DNA of 63,882 bases, counting the filler, from Cercozoa sp. M6MM (taxonomy: Eukaryota > Protista > Endomyxa: Ascetosporea), in the NCBI GenBank assembly GCA_040357565.1. It is 10 parts of 10 records of this genome, joined end to end, with 100 filler letters (N's around TTAATTAATTAA, not from the genome) between each part and the next. Parts side by side here need not be neighbours in the genome. Positions count along the whole stretch, not along the records: positions 1 to 12,139 come from JBDODJ010000386.1; positions 12,240 to 34,054 come from JBDODJ010000189.1; 8 more parts are not named here. One strand, given 5' to 3'. Each line of letters opens with the position of its first letter. Positions within the stretch are counted from its first letter, which is position 1. Shown here piece after piece: positions 1 to 12,264 of the stretch. Both the position numbers and the translations under genes were made by a program. The notes under the pieces were generated by a model that did not search any database, had not been told where the DNA came from, and saw only the letters and a list, made by a program, of their open reading frames with translations.

Positions 1-41
<41 letters not shown>

Positions 42-792
42 CTCAGATGCTCAACATGTGCCTTTGCTACAACCTTTTCATGGCGGGAACCAAGCGCCAG
101 AAATTCGTTAAACCGTTAACGAATATACGACAATCTTCGCCCCTCCTTACCCCCCCCCCCCGCAGCAGAGTTCAGTACCACAAGCAGAGCACCCAAACTT
201 GAACAGCCACAGTACAACAACAACAACAACAACAACAACAACAGCAGCAGCTGCAACAACAACGCAGTAGCAACCACCAGTACAGTTGCAGCGGACAGTA
301 GTAACGTACGTTCATCGGGAACCGGAATCCGGTGGTCAATTTCAGTTTTGAGTTAGTTTAGTCTTCGAAGAACGATGAAGCTTGGCGTGGCGAGAAATAC
401 GCCATAATTACGCAGAAATACGACTGAATAACCAGGCGTTTTATTGTTTTGAGGGTGCTTATGCACATGTCAGTAAATTTTTTGGACAGCGTTCATTGAA
501 GGTAATACGTTGTTAATTTAGGCAGTGAGATGATAACGCACTGGGGACGAAATCATCCGATAGCTGGGGATTGCAGGATCGTTTACTGGCGGGGCCTCAA
601 GATTCAGAGAGCGGAGTCGGACAGATTGAGCCTCTAGTACAGCCACAGAAAATGTAGGCTACGAGTAAAGCAATTCATTACGGTCGTTTTAACTGTTCAA
701 ACAGTCAACTGAAGGAACATATTTTACCGACGGCAAAAATTGAAATATTTGCAGCAGCAAGCTTGCTTGACACCGTCGCCAGGCGCAAAAAT

Positions 793-1852
793 TCAGATCT
801 CTATTGACGTCGGTACATTGGTTGGAAGCAACAGGGTAAAGGACACATTGTTGATGAGGTTTCGCCGCTCAATTTGATACTGAATGCGAGCCAGATCTGC
901 AATGAATCGGCCATATTGTTCACGGTAACATTCAGAAATGTCGTTCTTGTTTATTGCCCTAAACACACAACCGGAGTTGTTGTTGCTTTCTTGGAACGTG
1001 AAGAGCCCAATCAGTGAACGCCAAATGAAACTGACAGATCAAGTGCATCTGGAAGCGGTGCAGGAGATCTTTCATGTTCGGTGCTCATCTTGAGCGGCAA
1101 GAGTGTGCGTAAACCGGGAAGCGAAAGAGTTCGACCGTATCTGATGACCTAAAAGCCGAGAAAGGAGAGCATAAATCTAGGTCCATAATTGCTTGCAGAC
1201 GCACCCCCTAATAGGTCATACTAACCTTCATGGCATCGGCGTGCGATGGCAAAGCTTCCAACAAGAATTGTTCGTCCACGAAACGTAGTTCAGCCTCTCT
1301 CTGTTCAAACAATATTTTTCAAAACACTTTTCCACTATATAAGCTTACACTCGGCATCTCTTTTAGCAGGTACAAGGGTCGAGCGGGCACAAAAGCGCAC
1401 GCTTCGTACTGTCCGAAGTTCACCGCTGCGTGCTGCGCCGTCGCTGTCCAAAGAAGAACAGACAAGAACTCCTTCAGTCTGCGGACTGTCAGAATGTGAC
1501 CCAGTCCCTTCAACGCGACAAACCTCTCATCACGCAACTCTGTGAACAGCTCTTGCAACAATTTGTCCGAGGCAACTGCTTTGTCGCTCTAGGAAATCTA
1601 ATTTAAACCCTCGAGTTGGTACGAGTAAAAGTACGGAGTAGATCGAGTCGATGCATTCGCTGACATAGCGGTTGATAGCAGCGTTTAAAAGCGCAGCGTC
1701 GTCGCGGAAATAAAATCCTGGCAGATCGTCGATCTCAGTTCCTGCAACAGAGTAAACTTAAATCAAAATCTAGATTGACAACTTTGCCGTACCAGCATCG
1801 TCAGGCGACGGAGGAGCCCAAAAGCCCCGCCGCTTCATATCCGCCTGCTCGT

Positions 1853-1891
<39 letters not shown>

Positions 1892-1898
1892 GTGTGTG

Positions 1899-1978
<80 letters not shown>

Positions 1979-2838
1979 TGAAACTGGCTCCCCAAAAGCG
2001 CCACTTTGATGTCTCCTGCATAATCAATGCCAGCGCTCCTATAAAAGCAAATCATCTGAACGAAGCTCTAGCATTTTAGCACGAGAAGAAGCTTACCATC
2101 CAAACCAAGAGATAAAATGTCGTCGATTATCGGCTCGGATTCGGCGATCAAAGTTTCGCGACCTTCAGTAAATTTAGAAGTACACCTGCGGTAGTCTTTG
2201 CACGTTGTCACAAAGATCACAATTACCTAGCGAGTTAATGGCTAGTGTTTGGAAGAAGTGAGGTTTCATGAATAGCATCACCTGGAAGAGCACAATCGTA
2301 CATCGCTAGTTTCATCAATATCAATACGGCAACCCCTTCCCACAAATAATTATTACAGCGTGTTTTGAAGGCAGTTTGCGGTTAAAACTGACAATGATTG
2401 GCTCGATGACCTAGCCAGTAAATACTGTAACCTACGCGGTCTTACGACTTTGGTACCAAGTGTGTCAACGCAAGGTGCGACACGAGTTCATGAATGTGGG
2501 CGTCCGCGACTGATACTAAAATAAAACCATTGACTCGAGCTAAAAGCAACCAACCAAACCTGGTCGCTTTTTTCCATACGCGTAATCGGGAAAGTACCAT
2601 GCATTTTTGCGAATCGCCATACGTATCCATTTGGTTCGTTGGGAAGGAACACTCGATTTTGCGACAACACTACAGTTGTGTAAATTTCTGGGCTTTTGTT
2701 TACTGTTATAACAAAGCAGAATCGGTACTCGTTTTACGAGTGAGTTGCACGGCCAGTGGCATCAGTTGTCGCTTCACTGGCACTTGTGTTTGCCTCAAGA
2801 ACATTTGTTCAATCTGTGGCATTGTGCGTCGTCTACCG

Positions 2839-2897
<59 letters not shown>

Positions 2898-2997
2898 NNN
2901 NNNNNNNNNNNNNNNNNNNNNNNNNNNNNNNNNNNNNNNNNNNNNNNNNNNNNNNNNNNNNNNNNNNNNNNNNNNNNNNNNNNNNNNNNNNNNNNNN

Positions 2998-3049
<52 letters not shown>

Positions 3050-6000
3050 GCGCGTCCACGCATACACGCAGTAGTATACAACGTAAACAATAGTATCGTA
3101 GTATACTTCTGCAGTGTAGCCCGAAAGTGACTGGCAGGTGTGCTTGTGTACACCTAAAAGATACAAACCGACAGTCTTCATTTATAAGAACGTCGAACTG
3201 GAATTCTCTGCACCATACGACGCTGAACATAGAGCAAAACCACTGGTGCATACAGCACCCTTCCTCCACGGTGACGCAAATGCCCTGCGTCAATAATTGG
3301 TTGCAGGCTTTGGTAGTCCACGCAAAACAGTTGTCTGAAAACAAGAAAGATACAATATATAAATTTTAGTGTTCTGCTCCCTGTCAGTAAATAAGATACG
3401 TGACCTTGAATCAAGCAGTTCCTGCAAATTCTGCTGTCCGATTTCAGCTAGAAAGGCATCGATGCGGCTACGAGTATTTTTGTCGTTCCGAAACTGTTAT
3501 AAGCTAGGGTATTCTCATTTTCCGCGCTGTAAACTTACACATCAACAGTGGGGGGGTACCAGAGGTGGCACTGCACCTTCGCAATGCTCAATGACGGAAG
3601 AATGAGCACCTGCGATGAAGCTTCCGGCAAAGGACTGATCGCTATCCCATGTCTACCCAGGGAACATTACTGTACCCTTTGGTGTTTTCTTTCCCGTCAC
3701 GCAGGGAATTCGTGTGCTGTGTCAAACGTACGTGCAAGGAGGGAGGCGGGTCGAAAAATGCATTGTCTCCAAAGTAAATGCCGTAGCGCGACTTGATCAA
3801 GGAAGGCCGCTCTCCTTCCTTCGAAGCAAAGCACGAACGAAATCCTTGATCAAGGTTGTCTGTGCTCCAAGTTAATATAAATTTACCCTCTGCGCACTCA
3901 GAAACTTGGATGACAACGAATCCCCCAACGCAGCTAGTTGCGACTTGGCACCTATCTTCCTTTGGTTCAGTTCGCAGGTCCACCATCTTAGGGTAAATTT
4001 ACCAATAATCCGCGCCTTTTCTTTGAATATCGGTACGTTATACGCCACGAGTCTGGTACTTTTCTCGAGATCAAAAGCGTCCGCTTGGGGTAAATGTGCA
4101 ATCTTCTTTGGCAACCGCTGTCGGGGGGGGGGGCATTTCAATTTAAAAAGGAGGTACTTAACTTTTAGTACCTGAAACGGAACGGGGTACGAAGTCAGGT
4201 GGTATTGCTGAACATCGCCGCCTCCCCGAAACTCCTCACCATGGATTCGACGCGCCTGAGGAAGTCAAACAGGCGGACTGCTGTGCACACGCGTATGACC
4301 ACACTCTGTACAAAGTGAGGTGCACCTGCGCGGCTTGTTGGTACACTTGCTTGCGTACGTGCTGCATGGCACCCAGCGGTCGGTGCTCGCGCAGTGTATT
4401 CCACACATTGAACTCAAGCATCTTGCACGACACCGTTCTTTCGACCTGAAAGTAGCACACGCATTGCACTCTAGGTTTAGACCTCCAAGTGAACTCTAAA
4501 TTTTACCTCGTTTTGTCCATTTCCAAAGTGTTGTTGGGGAATAATGAATTTTGCGACCTGGACGTAGCCGTCTTTGTCAATGTGTACGCCAGGCACACGA
4601 CTCAGCGGTTCTTTGGATCTGCCTGTAGTAATTAAACTGAAGGTAAACTGATACAATGGCTACCCCTTCGTACAAACTTTTCGCACCGGGAAACGTCCAC
4701 TCCTGATGGAGCTGCTCGATGGGTTGCGCGCACGCATCACGTTGAATTTGAACGGAGAGCGACATGCACGCAGGTTCTTTTCGGGTCGTTGTTGAGCGTT
4801 TGACTGCATCGCGAAGAAAATCTTTGCCAACACGTTTTTCTATGTCCTCGATTACATCGAAAATTGCCGTTCCTATGCTCACACCAGTGCACCAGCACAA
4901 AACAAAGGTCGCTCATCATCGTTACCTGTCTCGCTCAGGCACGGAGCGACGCGGTATTGCACCGCAAGGTCGCCTAGAGCGAAGGCTGCAGCCGAGTGGT
5001 ACGTGCCTGTTCAAACTCTAGGTGGAATCACTAACGCGAGAAGTGTAAATGTTATCCTCACTTGTAAGCGGGTTGATCTCTCCCTCTCCCGAAGACATGA
5101 CTGCCTGTACAATGCATATCACACCCCAGGATCATCTTTTAACAATTTATGTGTCCGCCTTAAAGGACGTTGTTAGGCATACCTGTCGCAACACGAACGC
5201 TTGCGTCAACTCAAGCAACTTAAACAGGCCTTCGTCCACCACAATTCTCCAGATCACACGTTTCAACGTTCCAGCGAAACGCGCCCACTCCTACGAGACA
5301 ACAAAGTAGCATCTTCCTGCCTGATCAAGGAACGAACGTACCACGCGTGCCCACCGCTCTAGCGCCGTGACGGAGGACACAACAAAGCGCGGTGACGTCG
5401 CGAGCACGAAGTCCTGAGTTGGAGAGTCGTAGTGTACCGCAAGGAAATCATCCTCGCTCTCTTCGTTTGTGTATTGGGTGCTCTTGTTGTAAGCATAGTT
5501 TTGCACTGGTGCTCGAACGTTGCGCACGAGGTTGCCGACGGATTCGAGTACCATTCCAAAGAACCGCGCTGATTTGCGCTTTCTTTCGCCTCGCAGAGGA
5601 TGCAACGGCAGCGGCTCAAACGTGTCGGGAAGCCATACCTTGACCGCAAACCCCCGCGTTGCTGCAACGAAATCTGATTTGTCGGAGGGTACCCAACTCG
5701 AGAACCGTATGGCAGCCGGGAATCGTACACCTCCGTGCATAAAAAGACCTAATTTACAGAAGACACAAGAAACGCTCTTCTAGTGCTAAACCCAAATCGG
5801 GTTCAACATAGTACCCTTGCGCAACTCAGTCGGCAGATTTTCGTCTATCACGAGTTCGGCGGCTACGCATGCTTGTTGCTTTGCAAAGACGATGCGATCT
5901 CCAAGTTCCAGTCCGTTCTTGGTGTTTGCATCATAATGTTTGGTGGCAAGTCCCGCCAGTTCCTCGCTCAGTTGTTCTATGCGCAACTGCATATCATCAT

Positions 6001-7008
6001 TAGCAAGGTAGGCGTCAGCTTCTTCCGATCCCTGGAAATCAATTATATTTAAACTTAGTGTACGAGTCTGAGGAGATTATCAGTAAATACCAGGGGCAAC
6101 GAAGCGGCACACGTTGAAAAAGGAAGCAGGCTGTCCACACGGCCCATTCGGGCTATAAGAACAGATGAGACCGTGAGGAGGAACCAAACTGAGCTCGCGA
6201 TGGCAGCTGCGAGAATGCGCAACACGCGACGGCGGACGATAAAGTTTCCTACAACCGCGATTTCGTGTCGTTTCGCAGATTCCAGCGAGAGGCCATTGTT
6301 GGATTGCTTCCTGCGATGCAGGTGACGAGGAATTCGCATGGCAGGTTTTTGCTCTTCTCGAACCAACGCTGGATTTCTGTGCCGTAATGACACTTTCGGA
6401 GAGGCACTGTGCGAGCGCTTTCTTGCTTTATCTCGAGAAAACGAGAAACCTTGACGAGCTTTTGGTGTTGAGCGAAAGTTGCGTTTCGTTCTTGAGCCGA
6501 TTCCGGGTTTGCGTGCCGGAGGACTCAACACCTCGGAAGCTGTGCTGGCATTGTGTTCTGCCGAATAGTCTGACCTGACAGGGCAAGGTGTCCCACCACT
6601 TGACCCTGAGGGCGACGAAGCAGGATGAGGTTCGATTAAAGGAGCCGGGGAGTTGGAACATGCTACGCAAGTTGGATCAGCCAACGGACAGTTGAAAGTG
6701 AGTTAGGGCAAGTACAGCGCATGTTCGAATCGAAGCCCGTCTCTTTGTCATCATTTTCTATTCGGCAGCGCATATGCAAAGGTGCTGCGGTGGTTGAACC
6801 GTTCAATAAATATACTCACCAAGTAGAACGACGGATCTGGGGGAACTGACTTCTGCCACGAACCACAGCCAAAACACCAGTGCGAGAACGAGTGGGCTTA
6901 GTACACTCCAAAATGTTATCTTTAAAAGACAGAAACACAGCCATCCAGCAGGGCACGAGAATGGAGTTAAGGAGGACAAATGGACATGGTCAACAAGCTT
7001 ACCGCCAT
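793..7008 (-). CDS. Catalase-related (allene oxide synthase/hydroperoxide lyase-like) domain - lipoxygenase fusion protein, multi-exon; 5' exons (6030-7008) tentative
   Basis: Manual GT-AG splicing gives one open frame. Catalase-like part (~5990-4230): DRIVFAKQQACVAAELVIDENLPTELRKGLF..FPAAIRFSS..D...TRGFAVKV, TQDFVLATSPRF, NPLTSTYHSAAAFALGDLAVQYRVAPC, DFLRDAV..ACMSLSVQIQRD..PIE..EW, VAKFIIPQQHF, CKMLEFNVWNTLREHRPLGAMQHVRKQVY. LOX part (~4120-793): WDSDQSFAGSFIAG, LFCVDY, LYAPVVLLY, LMPLAVQL, WRFAKMHV, DAHIHELVSHLALTHLVIEP, KPHFFQTLAINSLGRETL, ADMKRRG, FYFRDDA, TAQHAAVNFGQY, IERRN, C-terminus PTSIEI-TGA (793-795). Confidence 0.88.
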
Positions 7009-7456
7009 CGGACACTGCAGAGCTAGCTACTTGAGGCAAGTGATACCTCACAACTCAACAGACCACCTGTGCAAGTAAAGAAGCCGTAGTGGTCCGCAGT
7101 GGAACGTTACTTCGGGACGGTCGGGTCAAAACTGGTCACAAATGGTTCCAGCGCCGTGACCCGTCATAAACTGTAGGGGAGCGATTCAGGGGCGGTGAGT
7201 TTCCTGGGCCTGATAGTGATGCTGGGATACAGTACGTCAGAGCACCAGAACAGACAACTGGAAAGCCAGGGCAGAAGTATCTGAATGACTCTCTGTCTCC
7301 TGTTCTTGTCGCCCCCTAAAGTAAGCAACAAGCAACAATGCACACCTGCCTCAACGAACTAACGTGTTCAAACGTGCGCTGAGTGAACCTTATAGGCATG
7401 CTTAGACCAGCAAGTGCGAACTTTGCACCTTGATTATAATTTTGTTTCTGCAGATC

Positions 7457-9911
7457 ATGCCAGGCGCCTTGACACTGAGTGAGCTCGCCGCGCAGGGAGC
7501 GATCGAAGCCACCACAGTGATTGACACAGCGCGGTACGTTTCTTCAACGATCGACAGACCGTGGTTTGTAGCTTTCTCGACAAAAACCGTCCTTGTGCAG
7601 CGAGTTCGCCGACTGTTTCGACTTCAGTATCGATGCAGCGGTACCAATGACTGCTGTCTAGTGTTTTCCCAAAGGCATCTGAGAGTGCTTTGTAGAAACT
7701 GACTGCGTCGGAGAAAGAGTCGCTGCTGACGTCGCTGACGACCGAGGCCATGAACAGCGCGAAGAACTCGATCGCGCACCGCGCGGCATGTCTCAAGCTG
7801 CTCAAGGTGCTCGCGCGCTCGCGTGGTACACCTCGCTGTCTTCTCCATGTTCCTTCACTTCTCTGACTGACTGACAGGTGATCTGTCGCCTATGTACGCC
7901 GACTCTTTCCTGCCACAGCTGCTGCCTGCTGCCACCGAGGCTCTGTACACTCTTCCCATATCCAATTCTGTATACAAAGTATGTCCACAACACGCGTAGC
8001 AAGGAACAGGACGGCGAAACACTGGCGCTGCAGGCAGTGCACGTGTGCATCAATTGCTGCATTCTCGACATGCAGAAGGGCGTTACCAAGATTCTGTCCA
8101 GCACGCGTGTGCACGAGTGCATCGATACGATTCTCATCACAGCCAAGGACACGCTCCTGCTCGCTTCGACCGCGCGCGTTCTCTTCTTCCTGACTGTAAA
8201 CTATCAGTTTACCTCTTGTCTCCATTTGCTCCTTTTAACTTCTTTGTGTCCCTTGTTGTGCATAGGTGATGCCAGACTTTGCGGACAAGGTGAACGATCA
8301 GGGCATCATGGACTCCAGCACCTCTGTACGAGGCCCTGTGTGTGTACACCTGCGTCGAATTTTTGTATGCATGTTTGTTGGCAGGTGCAGGACCTGTCGA
8401 AACTAAACGTGAACACAAACGAACTGGTCACGTACAACGCCTTGTTCCGCCTGTTCCTGCAGGCGACCGAGGGTGTGTTTACACCTTTCCTTCGTATTAC
8501 CTTCTCCTCTCTACCTCCTTATGTACCCTCCCGACAGACGACGAGTGGTACACGTCGCAAGCCTCGTGCGAACTGGCCAGTCGATGCTTGCAGACACTGT
8601 TCAACCTGAGGTACACGTTTGCCCCCCCCCCCCACTCACCTCTGCACCCTGCTTTACTTCCTCCCACACACGCAGCAACGCCGCCGACAACAAGCTGCCG
8701 CCGGAGATGCAACTCGGTGCCGCACTCCTGGGCAACAAGTGTACCTCTCTTCTTCCTTCCTGGTTCTGTTCACATGTATCTGTCCATATGTACCTGTCCA
8801 TAAGTACCTGTCCATATGTACTGCTCGTGTGCCATTGTAGCCAATATGGAGCGCGACACCACACTGCTGGCCGAGCGACTGAAGCAGACGGGTTACCTGC
8901 AGCGCGTCATTCTGCGCGTGCGCGACGTGCTGCACGTGCCGCTCCGCCAGGCCTGTCCGCACTACGAGCATATCCGCATGGTACCTATTGATACCTCCCA
9001 TTCCCTTCCTCAGTGATGCGTATCGATACACACGATTCGCGCAGGCAGCGGCGTCGAAACCGTCGCCTCTGTCGGTCAAGAACGACGTCATCAACGTCAT
9101 GCTGCACTTTCCGAACGATCGCGTGCTGCTGGCGCCGCTGCTGCGCGACCCGGAGAAACGTTTCTTCCGAGGTACCTGGTCACCCCCTACCTCCTCCCTC
9201 CTGTTACCCCTTGCCCATACAGGACTGCAGGACTATGCTGTGTGCACGCTGCGCTGTCCGGGCAATAACAAGGCTGCCACCTTGTGTCCTCTCCTCATGG
9301 TACACTGAGCCTTTACTCCTTAACTCTCCCCTCATTGTACCCTGCTCTCAGGTACTGTTCGGAGTTGCCAAGGGCAGTCGCGTATCCTGCCACGCGCTGA
9401 AACATTTCGTGTTCGGTGCACTCGCCGAGCGACCCGAGGAATACGTTGCCCCTGCTGTACCCCTCTACCTACCTACTCCTGTTCTGCCTCCTCCTACTAC
9501 CCTTTACCATGCAGGACCCGCAAAGCGAAGCGATGGACCCGCCTGAGTTCGAGGAATCTGAGGTACACTGTCGCTGGAACTTTTGTTGCCTCTGCAGCTC
9601 TACCCCCTCCCCCCACACACAGAAGATCAAGGGCCAGGAGTCGCCGCGTTTCTTGTTCACGCAGCTGGTGACGTCGCTCGACTCGCACGTCAAACTCATC
9701 GTGCAGCAGCTTCTGTTTGCCCTGTGCGACGAGGACCGTGCCTTTCTTCCTCTGATGCTACCTATTCCTTGTGCATTTGCTATGTTACGCCCTCCCTGTC
9801 ACCCCATGCAGCCCAGGAGTACATTCGACTGCTCGGTTTTGGCAACGCCGTCGGCTTGCTGGCGCAGTCCGGCGATCTGCCTGGCATGCTCGGTACCTGT
9901 TCTTCCTCCCC

Positions 9912-9959
<48 letters not shown>

Positions 9960-10059
9960 NNNNNNNNNNNNNNNNNNNNNNNNNNNNNNNNNNNNNNNNN
10001 NNNNNNNNNNNNNNNNNNNNNNNNNNNNNNNNNNNNNNNNNNNNNNNNNNNNNNNNNNN

Positions 10060-10107
<48 letters not shown>

Positions 10108-10358
10108 GACCTTGTATGACTGGTACTCTTGCAGGTCTCGGCCAGGGCCAGGTGCGCCAGCGAGAACTCACGCGCGAGGAACTCGAGCGAATGTCACAGG
10201 AGGGTCTTTTCCTCCCTCGCTCCTGCCTGCCTCAGTTGGCCTTTTCTCGTACTATATTTTAGTCCTATTTTTGTCCTTCCTGCTGCGCAGCAATGGAGCG
10301 ACGCGCTCGCATCGAAGCAGAGGAAAACGCCTCCAAGGACGACTCCAACAGCCACTAA
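7457..10358 (+). CDS. RIC8: Ric-8/synembryn family G-alpha chaperone/GEF, ~18 exons
   Basis: The spliced product has ACLKLLKVLARSR near the N-terminus and the Ric-8 C-terminal signature VKLIVQQLLFALCDED-QEYIRLLGFGNAVGLLAQSG. ATG at 7457, TAA at 10356-10358. Confidence 0.8.
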
Positions 10359-10664
10359 TGACCGCACTGTAACAGAGAAACGTGTTGCCGTGCGTTGTTC
10401 AAGTTTATTATTCCACTCGATGGATCGCGACCAATCGCGCACCCGATGCCGCTCGGGCGGACATGGTGCATTCAGTATTACAGTACTAGACCGTACATCG
10501 TGCATACACTGATAGTGTTGTACAGCACTGTACAGTATCAGCGACGACTACTACTTCGGCGAATAAAAATGAATTCCTGATCCCATCGGGCTGGGATTGA
10601 TCCGAGATCGGAACCGCCGTTCTCCTGTCCTGGAACGTGAGTGTGCCGGACTTTGTGTGCGCGC

Positions 10665-12057
10665 ATGGGCGTCAGTAAGGAGGCGGAAGCAGAGCGCGTT
10701 GCGCGACTGTAGGCTGAGCTGCACAAACACATGAGCTGAGCACGTGTTTTGCTTTGCTTGTCATGCAGTCACATATGTGTTCCTGTGCATTTCTATCGTG
10801 TGTAGCGCCGAGTGGTTTGATGCCACGGGCGTCAAGGACACCGAGGTGCTTATCGAAGGTCGTTTATACGACGTGGGCGGTGCCTTCATCAAGAAGCACC
10901 CAGGTACACTCGATACATTGACCAACATCATGAACCTGGACTGACTGCTGACTGGCTTGGTTTTTAGGTGGCAGCATCTTCCGATTTTACCACCCCAAGT
11001 CCGGCCGTTTGCCTGATGCCACTGACGCGTATATAGTGCTTTGTTTTGTCTGTCCCTGTGCTGCATGTATTGCGGTGTGACCAGGTTCAACATGTTCCAT
11101 GCCAAGACGCGGCCGACCAAGTGGCTCGAGTCGCTGCCGTCGCGGCCGTTCGAAGAGGTCAAGCCGAGCAAAGAGGATGCCATCACGACCGACTTCCGCA
11201 AGCTCGAGCAGGAGCTGCGCAACGAAGGTACCTGACATTTTACCCTGGAATATCATGTGTTGGTCTATGTATCATGTGCGACAGGCTACTACGACTGGTC
11301 GCCGCTGCACCTGCTGTACCGCTTCTCGGAGATTCTGCTGATGCACGTGCTCGGCATCTACCTCGTTCTGCAGGCCACGCCTCTGGTACAAGAGTGTTCT
11401 GTGTATCACTCGATGTATCACTGTGTGTGGTGTTTTGTTTCGACAGAAGGTGCTGGCTGGTTTGATGGTGCTCGGTGTCGTGCAGGGTCGCTGCGGTTGG
11501 TACCTGTTGTCTCTTTCATGCATGTGCATGTGTGTGTGTGTCTGTGTGTGTGTGTGTCTGTGTATGTACGTGGATATGTCTGCAGGCTGATGCACGAGTG
11601 TGGTCACACGAGTGGCACCGGCAACGCGTGGCTGGACCGTCACCTGCAGATGTTCCTCTACAACTTTGGTGCCCTCATCACACGGTGTTCTTGTTTCTAG
11701 CTGTGTGACAGGAGTTTCTATCTGTGTGACAGGCTGCGGTATGTCGGCGGCCTTCTGGCGCAACCAGCACAACAAGCACCACGCCACGCCGCAGAAACTG
11801 CAGCACGACGTATCGTGTCTTTTGCCTGTATCCCATGGTACAGAGGTATGCCTCGATGGTGTTTGAACAGGTTGATTTGAACACCCTGCCGCTGCTGGCC
11901 TTCCACGAGAGCATCGCCACTCTGGCCAAGGTGTGGCTTCCCTTCACATATTTGGTTGTTTCATACACAAACACATGTGTAGCACCCGTTCGTCAAGAAG
12001 TGGATCCGCATCCAGCACGTGCTGTTCCCGACTGTGACGTGTCTGCTTGTTGCCTTG
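10665..12057 (+). CDS. Front-end fatty acid desaturase (delta5/delta6-like, cytochrome b5 fusion), 3' truncated by contig end
   Basis: EVLIEGRLYDV..KKHPGGS (cyt b5 HPGG), QGRCGWLMHECGH (His box 1), WRNQHNKHHATPQKLQHDVDLNTLPLLAF (His box 2). Confidence 0.92.
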
Positions 12058-12085
12058 GGTACTTTCACCTGCATGTGTGTGCGTG

Positions 12086-12139
<54 letters not shown>

Positions 12140-12239
12140 NNNNNNNNNNNNNNNNNNNNNNNNNNNNNNNNNNNNNNNNNNNNTTAATTAATTAANNNNN
12201 NNNNNNNNNNNNNNNNNNNNNNNNNNNNNNNNNNNNNNN
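12140..12239. other. Artificial contig-joining linker (N-run/TTAATTAATTAA/N-run)
   Basis: Identical six-frame-stop core at 12184, 34099, 37523, 39544, 41426, 45478, 49358, 60780 and 62410. Confidence 0.98.
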
Positions 12240-12264
12240 CCCCCCCCCCCCCCCCCTCCCGCAG

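Noticed and set aside
5180-5300. WRIVVDEG resembling SNF2 motif II, and a possible GC-AG intron
   Set aside because: The frame continues (DEGLFKLLELTQAFVLRQ) to a normal GT donor and belongs to the catalase-like domain. No other helicase motifs are present.
12184-12195. Recurrent TTAATTAATTAA palindrome between N-runs
   Set aside because: Artificial concatenation linker (nine identical copies), not biology.
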